DNA from: a virus
Taxonomy: Duplodnaviria > Caudoviricetes
Direction: 5' to 3' (one strand)
Length of the DNA: 63,990 nucleotides
Virus record (IMG/VR): IMGVR_UViG_3300010158_000067
Span: 1-63,990 of that record
Shown: one piece after another, positions 39,311 to 50,326 of the stretch
How positions within the stretch are numbered: position 1 is the first letter of the stretch
Layout of the letters: each line of letters begins with the position of its first letter
Program-made: the position numbers and the translations under genes
The notes under the pieces: generated by a model
Told to the model about the DNA's origin: nothing
The model's input: the letters and a program-made list of their open reading frames with translations, nothing else
Databases searched by the model: none

Positions 39311-39826
39311 ATGCAAACACAAATAACGAAAGAAGAATTTGAAACTATATACAAAGAGTATACGCCAAGATTAAAGGGTTTTGCTCAGAAGTTTTTATTC
39401 AGAGATTGTTTGGTTGAGGAATGCGTTCAGGAGGTTTTTAGAAAATTACTAAAACAAGATTTTAGTAAAATTGATAACTCAATTGAGTCAAATCATTTGC
39501 AAAAATGGCTATTCACCGTATGTAGAAATACATCTTTTAAGTTGAAAAACAAAGAGAATAGATATGTAGAAGAAAATCACTGCGATACAATTTCAGAAGA
39601 AGCGAATCCATTTGAAATTCTCGATAATAAAGAATGTGGTAAACAAATGCTTAAAGCACTTAAAACATTAAGTAAGCAGCAGCAAAAGGTAATTAAATTA
39701 AGATATTATTCTGATCTTGATTACGCACAGATCGCAAAAAAAATGAAAACAACTTCTGGAAATGTTGGCTTTCATTTGAGCACTGGCTTAAAAAATCTAA
39801 GAAAAAAGCTATTGAAATCAATTTGA
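39311..39826 (+). CDS. ECF-type sigma-70 factor
   Basis: EECVQEVF...WLFTVCRN (region 2); LSKQQQKVIKLRYY...YAQIAKKM...NV (region 4). Confidence 0.88.
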   Translation: MQTQITKEEFETIYKEYTPRLKGFAQKFLFRDCLVEECVQEVFRKLLKQDFSKIDNSIESNHLQKWLFTVCRNTSFKLKNKENRYVEENHCDTISEEANPFEILDNKECGKQMLKALKTLSKQQQKVIKLRYYSDLDYAQIAKKMKTTSGNVGFHLSTGLKNLRKKLLKSI

Positions 39827-39859
39827 CAACCGATAAGTAATAAGATACTTTAATACAAC

Positions 39860-40951
39860 ATGAAAGCTGAAACTACTCCTCTAATTAATAACATTGCCCT
39901 TTCTCCAACGGAAATCAAAGAAGCTATCTATGACTGCTTTGAGGTTCGTCAGCCAGTAATGATCTGGGGACCACCAGGGGTTGGCAAGTCCGACATTATT
40001 CATGAGATTGGTGCTGAAACTAATCGTAGAGTAATTGATATTAGACTTGCACTTTGGGAACCTACCGATATTCGCGGTATTCCTTATTTTGATCACGAAA
40101 CGAAGCAAATGCATTGGGCACCTCCATCGGAATTGCCTAAGCTGATTAATGATAATTCCATCATCTTCTTGGATGAATTTCCAAGTGCAGTTCCGACAGT
40201 GCAAGCTGGAGCTTATCAATTAATTTTAAATCGGAAAATTGGTGAGTACCAACTTCCCGAAGCGGTTGATATGGTAGCTGCTGGTAATAGAGAAAATGAT
40301 CGAGGCATTTCTTACAAAATGCCCGCTCCACTGGCAAATCGTTTTACTCACATTGAACTGAAACCAAATTTTAATTGTTGGTTGAATTGGGCAATCAAGA
40401 ACGAAATTGATAATTCAATTATTTCTTACCTATCTTGGTCTAAGAAAGATCTTTATGATTTTAACCCAAAGTCATCTTCAAAAGCTTTTGCAACTCCTCG
40501 TAGTTGGACTTTTGCAAATAAATTCATTACAAAAGGAAAGCGCTCAAAGAATTCAGAAAGCTTATTGACGGCATTGCTCGCAGGAACTGTTGGAGAAGGT
40601 CTAGCGATCTCTTACATGACCTTCCGCAAAACTTCTATCAAGCTTCCTAAAGCAGAAGACATTCTTTCGGGTAAGCTCAAGAAGTTTAAATACAATAAAG
40701 ATATTTCACTACTATACGCAATTGTAACAAACTGTTGCGTTGAATTGAAGAGTCAAATTGGTGATGAAAATTGGGTTCAAAGCGTAGATAATTTCTATCG
40801 TTTTATGCTTGAAAATTTCCCACAAGAAGTTATTGTGATGGGAGTGAGAACTTCAATTAGGAATTATCAGTTGCCAATCAATCCAGAAAAACTTTCAACT
40901 TACAAAGACTTCGTTGAAAAGGTAGAAAAATTCATCTTCATTCAAGAATAA
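39860..40951 (+). CDS. MoxR/AAA_5-like AAA+ ATPase
   Basis: GPPGVGKS, IIFLDE, AAGN, PLANRF, TPRSW. Confidence 0.9.
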   Translation: MKAETTPLINNIALSPTEIKEAIYDCFEVRQPVMIWGPPGVGKSDIIHEIGAETNRRVIDIRLALWEPTDIRGIPYFDHETKQMHWAPPSELPKLINDNSIIFLDEFPSAVPTVQAGAYQLILNRKIGEYQLPEAVDMVAAGNRENDRGISYKMPAPLANRFTHIELKPNFNCWLNWAIKNEIDNSIISYLSWSKKDLYDFNPKSSSKAFATPRSWTFANKFITKGKRSKNSESLLTALLAGTVGEGLAISYMTFRKTSIKLPKAEDILSGKLKKFKYNKDISLLYAIVTNCCVELKSQIGDENWVQSVDNFYRFMLENFPQEVIVMGVRTSIRNYQLPINPEKLSTYKDFVEKVEKFIFIQE

Positions 40952-40953
40952 AA

Positions 40954-42141
40954 ATGAGCCTTTTCAATAAAGCGGAAGATTTAACCATTGAAGAGAGATT
41001 AATTGCCGCGAAGGTGCAGATGCTTATGCGTCTGCCCTTTTTCGGTAGTTTAGCCTCTGGTTTAAATGTGAAGGTTGTGGATTGGAGATTTGACAAAGAG
41101 ACTCCAATGACCGCCGCAACAGATGGAGTTAATTTCTTTTATAATCCAGAGGGTATTAAAGATCGCACGATTCCAGAATTAGTTTGGCTTTATGCTCATG
41201 AAGTTAGTCACGTATGTTGGCAACATTTCATGCGTATGGGAGATCGTAATAAAACACTTTGGAATATTGCGACTGACTATGCGATTAATGGAATTTTAAG
41301 AATTAATAAAATTGGCAAACCACTTGAAAAACATCTAGACGATAAAAAGTTTGATGGAATGGCTGCAGAACAAATTTATGATATTCTTTATAAAGAAGCT
41401 CCAAAGCTTGATTTGGATGCGTTATCTAAAATGCTTGCAGATAAGCATTTAGAGATGGATAGAAATGAAGACGGTTCACCCAAAACCGAAGAACAGATCA
41501 GAGATCTAACGAATAAGATCAAAGAAGATATTGTTAAAGCTACGCAATCAATGGAAGCGGGTAGTATTCCTGCTGGCTTTGATAGACTCATTGAAAGCAT
41601 TGTTAGTCCACAACTTCCTTGGCAAGAAATTTTGCGAGATCGTATTAAATCTAAAATTAAAACAGATTTTACTTTCATGCAACCAAATAGAAGGAGTGGA
41701 AACATGGGAGGCATTATATTTCCAAGCATGACTGTGGAAGATCAAATAGATATTTGTATTGCTATGGATATGTCTGGATCTATTAGTGATGATATTGCTT
41801 CAGAATTTATGTCAGAAATAAATGGTATAATTTCTGAATTTAGATCTTGGAATATTAAAATATGGAGTTTTGACACTAAAGTTTATAATCAAAAAGAATA
41901 CTCTTCAGATGAAAATGCCGACATAATGTCATACCAACCAAAGGGTGGAGGGGGAACTGATTTTGAATGTAATTGGTCTTACATGAAAACCGCTTCCATT
42001 GAACCAAAACTTTTTATCATGTTTACTGATCTTTATCCTTACGATGGATGGGGTGATCCAGATTATTGTGACACATTGTTTATTGGTTACGGAGGATGTA
42101 GAGCAGTTGCCCCTTTTGGAGAAACAATTCATATTAAATAA
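40954..42141 (+). CDS. Metallopeptidase + VWA-like (DUF2201-type) protein
   Basis: TAATDG, HEVSH, WNIATD, DMSGS, GGGGTDF, FTD. Confidence 0.88.
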   Translation: MSLFNKAEDLTIEERLIAAKVQMLMRLPFFGSLASGLNVKVVDWRFDKETPMTAATDGVNFFYNPEGIKDRTIPELVWLYAHEVSHVCWQHFMRMGDRNKTLWNIATDYAINGILRINKIGKPLEKHLDDKKFDGMAAEQIYDILYKEAPKLDLDALSKMLADKHLEMDRNEDGSPKTEEQIRDLTNKIKEDIVKATQSMEAGSIPAGFDRLIESIVSPQLPWQEILRDRIKSKIKTDFTFMQPNRRSGNMGGIIFPSMTVEDQIDICIAMDMSGSISDDIASEFMSEINGIISEFRSWNIKIWSFDTKVYNQKEYSSDENADIMSYQPKGGGGTDFECNWSYMKTASIEPKLFIMFTDLYPYDGWGDPDYCDTLFIGYGGCRAVAPFGETIHIK

Positions 42142-42525
42142 ATGAGCACGTATTACAAAAAAGTAGGAAGACGCTATGAGCCAGTTAGCGATTCAGAAGC
42201 CTATAGTGGCCTTTCTAATGGGTGTTGGTTAGTTAAGGTTGGAGATGGCTGCACTTCAATTAGACAGTCCGTAGAACCCAATATGGCGGGATTACAATTC
42301 GCTACATTGATGATGTCAGATAAAATTTCTAAATATTTAATGGACGTTGCTACAGCCATACCCAAATCCAGAGAATATACAAAAAATCAAAAAAAGATCT
42401 TAAAACAGTTGCAAGAGCTACCAGAAAAAGATAAGTTAATGTATTGGGAATACGACTCCATTCAAGGAATGGCAGACAATATCTTAAAGCTAATTTTAGA
42501 TGATTATGATAAGAGCACTAAATAA
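42142..42525 (+). CDS. Hypothetical phage protein
   Basis: YKKVGRRYEPV. Confidence 0.6.
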   Translation: MSTYYKKVGRRYEPVSDSEAYSGLSNGCWLVKVGDGCTSIRQSVEPNMAGLQFATLMMSDKISKYLMDVATAIPKSREYTKNQKKILKQLQELPEKDKLMYWEYDSIQGMADNILKLILDDYDKSTK

Positions 42526-42662
42526 TTTTTTAAATTCATTTGAGAATTTTTGTTGGAGGCTTTTGATTGCGACTATATTTTTAATAGCAATTCCTTTTGT
42601 TGCAATCGGTTTTGTATTTGGATTTTTTAGCCTGCAAGTAACAAAAGAAGAAACAAAAAATA

Positions 42663-42848
42663 ATGAATAATACCGAAAATCTAGATATTGACCTGAGCAA
42701 ATTTCCCAAAGATGTATTGATTAGATTTATAATTTTCACTCACGAAAATAACTTGACATGCAATGAAGCTTTTGTTAAATTGTTGACGGATTATCTAACC
42801 AAATTAGATAACGAAAACGAAAATCAAATCCAATTACCACTTGAATGA
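42663..42848 (+). CDS. Hypothetical protein
   Basis: Operon packing. Confidence 0.5.
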   Translation: MNNTENLDIDLSKFPKDVLIRFIIFTHENNLTCNEAFVKLLTDYLTKLDNENENQIQLPLE

Positions 42849-43123
42849 AAAAAATCCTATTTATCTTAGCTCCACTTATTTTTATTAGTATGAAGTTTAA
42901 TCAAAGCGAAGCGGTCAAGCCCGCAAAGGAAGAATTAATTCTTAAAGAAGCTATTCATACTCCAGTTCAATGCACGGCATCATTAAGCAATAATTTAATT
43001 ATTGTAGAGGGTGCGCCTTATGTTCACTGTGATACTTGTGGATACGGAGTCTTTTCGGGAGAAGAGGGGTATGAAAAGTGCACTTATTGTGGAGTCAAAA
43101 AGCATTATAATTCCAGAAAATGA
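42845..43123 (+). CDS. Hypothetical protein, N-terminal hydrophobic segment and zinc ribbon
   Basis: CDTCG...CTYCG. Confidence 0.55.
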   Translation: MKKILFILAPLIFISMKFNQSEAVKPAKEELILKEAIHTPVQCTASLSNNLIIVEGAPYVHCDTCGYGVFSGEEGYEKCTYCGVKKHYNSRK

Positions 43124-43364
43124 AGTGACATATAAAATACCATCTTCAAAGTTTTGGAGTAAAATAAATGATGTATATAATCAAGGACTTGATTGGCATC
43201 TTTCAGATCAAAAAATACAAGTTTTAACTAAAAAAAAACTTGGTTTAAAATATCTTGACACAGTATATGATGGTGATATAAGTTCCCCATATTCATCTGA
43301 ATTTTTATTTGAAATCGTAGACCCAGATAAACTACTGTGGGCAAAATTAAAATATGGAATATAA
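43071..43364 (+). CDS. Small paralogue family protein
   Basis: LGLKYL...FEIVDPDKLLWAKLKYGI. Confidence 0.6.
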   Translation: MKSALIVESKSIIIPENEVTYKIPSSKFWSKINDVYNQGLDWHLSDQKIQVLTKKKLGLKYLDTVYDGDISSPYSSEFLFEIVDPDKLLWAKLKYGI

Positions 43365-43590
43365 AGAAACACATTTTGGTGTTACAGTAGATCACGATTT
43401 AACTCCAGAAGAAATTGATTCAGTTCATAGATTCTGGAGGAGCATTCGTGAAGAAGAAGAATTTTTAAAATGGTCTTGGAATCATTTTAAAGACTCCATT
43501 GGTTTGGATCACGAATTGAAAAGACAGCCAAAATGGAAAATAGCAAATAAAGAAAAATGGCTTTGGGCTAAATTAAAGCATGGATTTTGA
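43354..43590 (+). CDS. Small paralogue family protein
   Basis: IGLDH...WKIANKEKWLWAKLKHGF. Confidence 0.6.
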   Translation: MEYKETHFGVTVDHDLTPEEIDSVHRFWRSIREEEEFLKWSWNHFKDSIGLDHELKRQPKWKIANKEKWLWAKLKHGF

Positions 43591-43780
43591 AAAAATTAAT
43601 ATTTATTCATTATTTTATGATAATCTTTACTTCAAGCTCGCGCAAGAATTAGATATTTCTTTTGAAAAGCTTCATTATAAATTTGGTTTAGCTTTCATAA
43701 AAACATTGGGAGAGATATATATATTTGAAGTTAGAGATAAAGGCAAATACTTAATGGCAAAATTAACTTACGATATTTAA
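43580..43780 (+). CDS. Small paralogue family protein
   Basis: FGLAF...FEVRDKGKYLMAKLTYDI. Confidence 0.6.
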   Translation: MDFEKINIYSLFYDNLYFKLAQELDISFEKLHYKFGLAFIKTLGEIYIFEVRDKGKYLMAKLTYDI

Positions 43781-43781
43781 T

Positions 43782-44141
43782 ATGGGATTAGATTCATTTA
43801 TAAAAGTTGTTGATCTAAAAGATGTAATTGATGATTTTACTTTCATTAAGGGCTCTAAAGAAGTTGAATTTAAATACTGGAGAAAGCACAAGCCTCTGCA
43901 CGATTGGATGCGTAGGCTTTTTGTTAAAAAGGGTGGAGATCCATTAATAAATCAATTTAATTGCGAACATGTTAGAGTTATGATTGAGGATTTAAAATTC
44001 TTAAAAAATGACATGGATTGGCATGATGAGTATGGTGACAGTTACGATCATGAATATAATGATTTTAAATTCATAGAAGAGGCGATTGGTTTTCTTGAAA
44101 GAAATAAAGATAAGGCTTTCTATTTTTATAGTTGGTACTAA
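43782..44141 (+). CDS. Hypothetical phage protein
   Basis: MGLD...YWRKH..LHDW...FYFYSWY. Confidence 0.65.
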   Translation: MGLDSFIKVVDLKDVIDDFTFIKGSKEVEFKYWRKHKPLHDWMRRLFVKKGGDPLINQFNCEHVRVMIEDLKFLKNDMDWHDEYGDSYDHEYNDFKFIEEAIGFLERNKDKAFYFYSWY

Positions 44142-44195
44142 TTTTTGAGAAATCTCTTGATTTGGAAAATTTTCTAGATATATTTGATCTCACAT

Positions 44196-44411
44196 ATGAG
44201 CTTAATATCAATCAAAACTCTCTGCACGAACTGTCAAGATCCTTTGGAATGTCAGTGGCCCGAACGCATGAATTGGGGTGGAGAAAACGTCTCAGCTATT
44301 GAATACATGGCTAATGCCATTAATTCCGACGATGTACAAATTCTTTGCAATCAATGCCTCGACGAACTTCCAGATATTGATATGGAAAATATGGAAGTAG
44401 AATATATTTAA
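44196..44411 (+). CDS. Hypothetical zinc-binding protein
   Basis: CTNC...CNQC. Confidence 0.5.
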   Translation: MSLISIKTLCTNCQDPLECQWPERMNWGGENVSAIEYMANAINSDDVQILCNQCLDELPDIDMENMEVEYI

Positions 44412-44412
44412 T

Positions 44413-44724
44413 ATGAAACAATACGTCAGATTAACAAAAATTAAGGCTTCCGAAAATCCTGAATACGAAACTCCACAATGGAACGCTTACAAACATGGAG
44501 TCGTAAATAAGGGCACTTCAATTCCCGTTGACTATTGGGTAGAAGGCTATCTTATTAGACCAATTAAAGTAGGCGAATACGCAGCAATTGATAGAAGAAT
44601 CAGAAATGGCAAAGAAGTTTTTGGTTTTATGACTACTTCGCAGATTCTTGAGATTAACGGAGACATTTTTCAAACTTTAAATTCAATATATAAAATTGAA
44701 TATATAAAGGATGAAAATAAATAA
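44413..44724 (+). CDS. Hypothetical phage protein
   Basis: TTS.I......FQTLNSIYKI. Confidence 0.6.
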   Translation: MKQYVRLTKIKASENPEYETPQWNAYKHGVVNKGTSIPVDYWVEGYLIRPIKVGEYAAIDRRIRNGKEVFGFMTTSQILEINGDIFQTLNSIYKIEYIKDENK

Positions 44725-45199
44725 TTTTAAACAGGATGCTCCATTAAACATAGCAAAACCTACGAGAAGTGAAAATTCAGATTCAATTAAAGACGTTGAG
44801 ATTTTTAATTTAAATGGAAATTCTGATGATAGAGGCTGTTTAGTGGAGCTGCTATCAAATAGATATCAGCAGAATGAACCCGTAGTTCATGTATATAAAG
44901 TCGTAGCTGAAAGTAAAAGCTATAGAGGTTTCGTCTATCATAAATGGCAAAAAGATAGACTCGCATTTACCGAAGGAGATTTTTTAATTTTATTAAAAGA
45001 TTTAAGGGAATCTTCTCCGACATTTGAGAATGAAATGATAATAAATGCGGGAGAAAATAATAAAATTCTATTAACCATACCTGAGTTCATAGCTCATTCA
45101 GTTGAAAACTTAGGGGAAAAAGCTTCATTCATAAATATGCCGACAAATATTTACAACCCTGAAAATCCAGATAAATTCAGATACACTAAAAATGATTAA
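44711..45199 (+). CDS. dTDP-sugar 3,5-epimerase (RmlC)-like cupin
   Basis: DDRGCLVE, RGFVYH, DLRESSPTF, IPEFIAH. Confidence 0.75.
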   Translation: MKINNFKQDAPLNIAKPTRSENSDSIKDVEIFNLNGNSDDRGCLVELLSNRYQQNEPVVHVYKVVAESKSYRGFVYHKWQKDRLAFTEGDFLILLKDLRESSPTFENEMIINAGENNKILLTIPEFIAHSVENLGEKASFINMPTNIYNPENPDKFRYTKND

Positions 45200-46115
45200 A
45201 GACTTAATAAGCGTAATAATCCCAACTTACAATTGGAGTTCTGTTCTTAAGTTAGCTATAAAAACTGCATTATGGCAAACGTATAAAAATATTGAAGTTA
45301 TAGTTGTTGGTGATTGTTGCACGGACGATTCGGAAGAAGTGGTAAAATCATTTAATGATTCTAGATTAAAATGGATAAATCTTGATAAAAATCACGGATC
45401 TCAAGCTATTCCAAATAATTATGGAATAAAAATGGCCCAAGGTGAATTCATTGCTCACTTGGGTCATGATGATGTGTGGCATCCAAAACATTTGGAATAT
45501 TTAATTAATTCTATTTCAAATGCTAAATTTGCATATTCATTATCAATAGCCATAGGTCCAGAAAATGAAGAATCAGTTTTTAAAAATTTAAAAATCATTA
45601 GTGGTTTCAATGTCTTTGATAATAAAGACAATGAAATATTATTTGTTCCACCATCTTCATGGATGTATAGAGCTTCAGTAATTGAAAAGGTTGGATATTG
45701 GTTGGATCACAACGATACAATATTACCTCCTGATTCATATTTTTTAACTAAAATTCAAGAGCATTTTCCAAATGAAACCGCTTGTTCCAAAAAACTAACT
45801 ATTGCAAAATTTCCATCTGCCTGGAGGAGGAATTCTTACATTGTAAAACCAACTCATGATCAAGAAAAAGTATTAGAATTAATAGAAAAAAATTCGCACT
45901 ATTTAGATTTTTATATGGCTAAATATTTAGAGCAAAACTCTAAACTTGCGAAATTCACTCCCTTCATGGATCTTTATGCCGATAAAAGCTATGAAGTGCT
46001 CTCATTATTCTTTAAAGAAAACGTACCTCAAAGCCAAGTAATAAAAGAAAATGAAAAAGAAAAAGGAATAACGGTTAAAAAATCTAGAATTTATAGAGGT
46101 TTAGAAAAACCATAA
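45192..46115 (+). CDS. GT2 glycosyltransferase
   Basis: ISVIIPTYN, VVGDCCTD, AHLGHDDVW. Confidence 0.88.
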   Translation: MIKDLISVIIPTYNWSSVLKLAIKTALWQTYKNIEVIVVGDCCTDDSEEVVKSFNDSRLKWINLDKNHGSQAIPNNYGIKMAQGEFIAHLGHDDVWHPKHLEYLINSISNAKFAYSLSIAIGPENEESVFKNLKIISGFNVFDNKDNEILFVPPSSWMYRASVIEKVGYWLDHNDTILPPDSYFLTKIQEHFPNETACSKKLTIAKFPSAWRRNSYIVKPTHDQEKVLELIEKNSHYLDFYMAKYLEQNSKLAKFTPFMDLYADKSYEVLSLFFKENVPQSQVIKENEKEKGITVKKSRIYRGLEKP

Positions 46116-46175
46116 ACTCTTGAGAAATCAAAAAACCATCTTGACACGGGTGATTTTTTGCTGTAGATTATTCCC

Positions 46176-48443
46176 ATGAGCCCATCCATACTTGTTAAAG
46201 ATTGCGATACCGAACAGTTCATCAAGGTATTTGTGAAATCTAGCGACCTTACCGACTTTCTAGCTTCAGAAAAAGCAAATGGCGTAGATATACAATCCAA
46301 GTATTTAGTCTATGGTTTTACAGTTGAGCAGACTTTCTTCGCTAACGAAGCTATTAAAGTCGCCAATCAGTTTGGTTATCTCCCTAGTTTTGATGAATAT
46401 GAAGCTGAATAATATGGAAAAGTTTAAATTAGATATTAAGATAGAATCTTGCGAAGCCGAAGGTGTTTACATGCTTTATTCGCAAGTAATGAAATGCTGC
46501 TACCCAGTAAAGAAAGAGCATATCTTTTCTGAAGTCGAAGACTTAATCAAGGAATACATTGACATCCAATCTAATTATTAATATGAAAAAATGGCCACAA
46601 GTTGGTGCCAAAATAACTTACAAAGGCATTCATGCTTTTTGGTTTAATGACATCATTAATAACGCTCGCGAGAACCTTGAGATCGACAAGGAATACACGA
46701 TAAGGACAATAAATGTTCTTTCTAGTTGGTGTAGCATTACATTGGAAGAAACTGGCAATATTGTTTACTCACTTAATTTCTTTGATTATGAAGCATAAAA
46801 TTGTTGTTCAAGATTACTATCAAGAGTGCGGGGATAAATGCTGCGTAGAATACGGGCATCTATGGTTTGTTAATGGCAACCATATTCATAGTAGTCCATG
46901 TAGAGATAGCGGATGGTTAGCTGTATTAAATTTCTTAGAAATAGAAGCAGAGTTGACCGCTCAAAATGAAAACGGAGAAGAAGTCTGGTCGCTTTAATTT
47001 ATGAGAATCTTGCTTCATGAAACAAGAGATCTTGAAAAACATTTTAGAATTAAATTTCGTAAGCCCGAATGTAGAATACATCCTAGCGGATTAATTTCTG
47101 TTACTGTAGATTGGCATATGCAGGAAGATTGCGAAAATGCTTCAAGATTTAAATATGTAGATTTTGCTCATAATAGTTTCGGTGGTGATTTTATAGTAAA
47201 TAAAAAAAGATATATAAATGCCCGCACCGTTGCTTTTGAATTTCGAGATCTAAAAGATTTTAATTTCTCTTTGTTCAATATGTCGCCTTGGTTTCAGATC
47301 TCATTTGGCGCGGAGAACGAAGAGGAAGATTGGTCGCCAGATTATTCATATGAATATTTATTCTTTGAAGCGACAAAATACGGATTGATTGCTTGGTTTG
47401 GAAAAGAAGGATGGGATAATTGGCATGACTCAACAAGAATAGTTAATGGACAATTAAAATAATATGGAAAAAGAATACTTCATTCGTCGTCTAACAGAAA
47501 ACGGTAAACTAAAAACACCCTTGTATCAATCAAGCGAGCCAGTAGCTAGCTGGAGAACATTCAAATCAGAATCAGAAGCTCTTGAATTTGCTAAAGAATA
47601 TGATTTGGATAATTTCGTAATCTTAACAAAATACGTACAATCAAAAGAAATTACAGAGAGGTTTGATTAAAATGGCTCACAATGATTTTATACCTAGCGA
47701 CGACTATCCAGAAGAAATTAATCACGAATATATAGATGAAATTGTATGCCCTTATTGCGGCTATGAGTTTACGGATAGTTGGGAATTCAATGATACTCAA
47801 GATGAACAACATGTAGAGTGTTGTGAATGTGGAAAAGAGTTTTTGCTTTACATGCATGTAACTGTAGACTACACCACTTACAAGAAAAAGAAATAATATG
47901 CCAAAAAAAGAATTTAATTATGTAATTGGTCATTATTGGGAGGACAATGGAAGTATTGCAGCTTATATGATGTTTAATAATGAAGTTTTTTACGGAACTA
48001 TGAATCAAGCCAAGAAGGATTTAAAATATGTTAAAAGACAAGATCCAGATCAAGAATGGAAGATTTTTGTTGTAAAGGAGTTGGAAAAGGAATAGAGTAT
48101 CACTATGAGACTTGGAAACATTATTGAAGAATTGAAAAAACACGATCCCGAAACAAAAATTCGTTTAGGGTTTTGCGAACCGCATAGCTATCGTGGAATT
48201 TATAGCGAATTAGCTTTTGAGCCTTGTAAAAATACTACAGTTGGTGATATGTTAAAATGCTGTAAAGAGGCTAAAAAAAGAACTTTTGAGGGTTATAAAG
48301 GAGGAGAGTTTACTTATAACAATGATACCGAATGTCATTTGGCTTGGTATGGTGGTTCTGGGGAAACGCTTGGTCGTTATTTATTAATGTTCATGTTGGG
48401 AGAAACTGAATGGAAATGGGTCGCACACGATTTTAATAAATAA
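46176..48443 (+). CDS. Run of nine small hypothetical ORFs (46176, 46414, 46583, 46788, 47001, 47464, 47671 zinc ribbon, 47898, 48105)
   Basis: Abutting co-directional ORFs after the TTGACA promoter at 46141; starts partly adjusted by eye. Confidence 0.55.
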
Positions 48444-48925
48444 ATATAAATTACATAGAGAAAGAGATGGCGAACTTTGGATAGGTTTACCAAATAATGG
48501 TGGAGATATTGGAGATATTGGAAATTTGCTTGAGATTGTGCTTGTATTGAACGAACAACTAGATGAGATAGAGGGGTTGAAACGAGAGATTATTTTATTG
48601 AAATGTGAGATAGGAGAAGATATTTTATGAACATTAAAAATCTAATTATAGATCTTATAGTAGGAACTGTTGTTTTTTGTCTTGGCGCTTATGGAGAACA
48701 TAAACATAACGAAAGACTTGCAATCAAAGCTGGAGTAGCTTATTATGCTGTAGATAAGGATGGTTCACCTCAGTTTAAATTTATTACTGAATAATATGAA
48801 TACGAAATCAACAAAATATATATATGACATATAGAGAATTAAAAGAAAAACTAAAAGAAAAACTAAAAGGAAAACATCACGAATTATTGGTTGACTTCGT
48901 GGATGAACTTATGAGAAGATGAGCC

Positions 48926-49186
48926 ATGCAAGATAACGATTCGGATTCTTTTATTATAGTAGGAAAAATTATGAGTGATATTAAGTCATGTCCATTCTGT
49001 GGAGGTAATGATCTAACTGTTCAACGCAGCTCTGAAGACAGAGAAGGTATTCCTGCTAATATTATTTGCCAAGACTGTGGATGTGCGGGGCCTTGGGATT
49101 ATCTCAGAACAGAAGTCCTAGAAAATGCCTTGAACGAAGATAGAATTCCTGTTAGATTGATCAATCTTTGGAACGAAAGGAAGTAA
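48926..49186 (+). CDS. Lar-like zinc-ribbon protein
   Basis: KSCPFCGG...CQDCG...WNER. Confidence 0.65.
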   Translation: MQDNDSDSFIIVGKIMSDIKSCPFCGGNDLTVQRSSEDREGIPANIICQDCGCAGPWDYLRTEVLENALNEDRIPVRLINLWNERK

Positions 49187-49361
49187 TATGACTGACGAAC
49201 AAATTAACGCGGCAATTGCAGAAGCGTGTGGATGGAAGGAAGTCGAACCTTGGTTAAATGGAGCATCGTAGAAAAGCAAATTACATATTCGCAAGTTAAA
49301 ATATGAACGGAAAAGGATCTAAGCCTCGACCAATTAAAAACATTAAAAATTACATATCAAA

Positions 49362-50326
49362 TTGGGAGCAAATAAATTGGAAGAAGGCGAAATCAAATTC
49401 ACCTTCTACGAACTCAAAGCCATGATGGTTAAAATGGGTTACTACGATAAAATGAGTGACCCAATTTCATTGTATGACTGGCCTGAAATAGGTTTGGAGC
49501 GCATATTAATTAATAATAATAAATTGAATTATGGATGGCTTTTTAAAATCATAAGCAAAGAGAAGTTTGTTCATGCTGTAATCAAATACGATCTTTTATG
49601 AAAAAGAATCAAAAGCAACGCATATGGATGTCTTATGCAAAACTCTCAGAGCTTTTAAAAAGCATGAATGCAGTTGGTGATCCAAATGACACTGGTGTTA
49701 GTAAATTAGCCAATTGGCAGGATATAGGCTTGAAATACATTAGAAAGCCAACAATTAACAAATTCTATTTTGAGATATTGAATAAGGATAAGTTTTTGTT
49801 CGCGACTTTTAAATATTCTTTTAATTTAGATGGAATACATTTTAATTGATAAGTATTTAATGTGGCAGCTTGAGGAAAAGTTTTATACTGATTCGTCTTC
49901 TTATCTAGGTCTGGAGATTGATGAAGCGCTAGAAGACATAGAGAGTGGATGTGGTCTTGAGTATCATGGCATAAGGGAATACGAGATAAATAAGAAATTA
50001 AATCTCGAAGACTACTATTTGTACAAGATAATAGATAAGGAAAGGTTTATTTTCGCGGTTATGAAATATAATCTTGATTATTTGTTTGTAGATCCTAAGC
50101 TACAGTCGTGAATGTTTTAATTAGTAAACATAAAATACTATCCGCTATAAACTCTCATGCTGACGAGTTTGGTGAGGTGCATTTGCTATGGAAATCCTTT
50201 GGTCTTGATTACGTGCGCACAGAACACAAAGAGCATATAGCATTTGGAGTGATAGATAAAGATTTATTGATTTGGTCGATGATTAAATATGGCTTTCAAA
50301 TTGAACCATATAGTAATTCGCAATGA
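49362..50326 (+). CDS. Four tandem members of the small paralogue family (49362, 49598, 49830, 50108)
   Basis: Each has GL followed by F/Y-x-I-x-D/N/S-K...KY. Confidence 0.6.
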
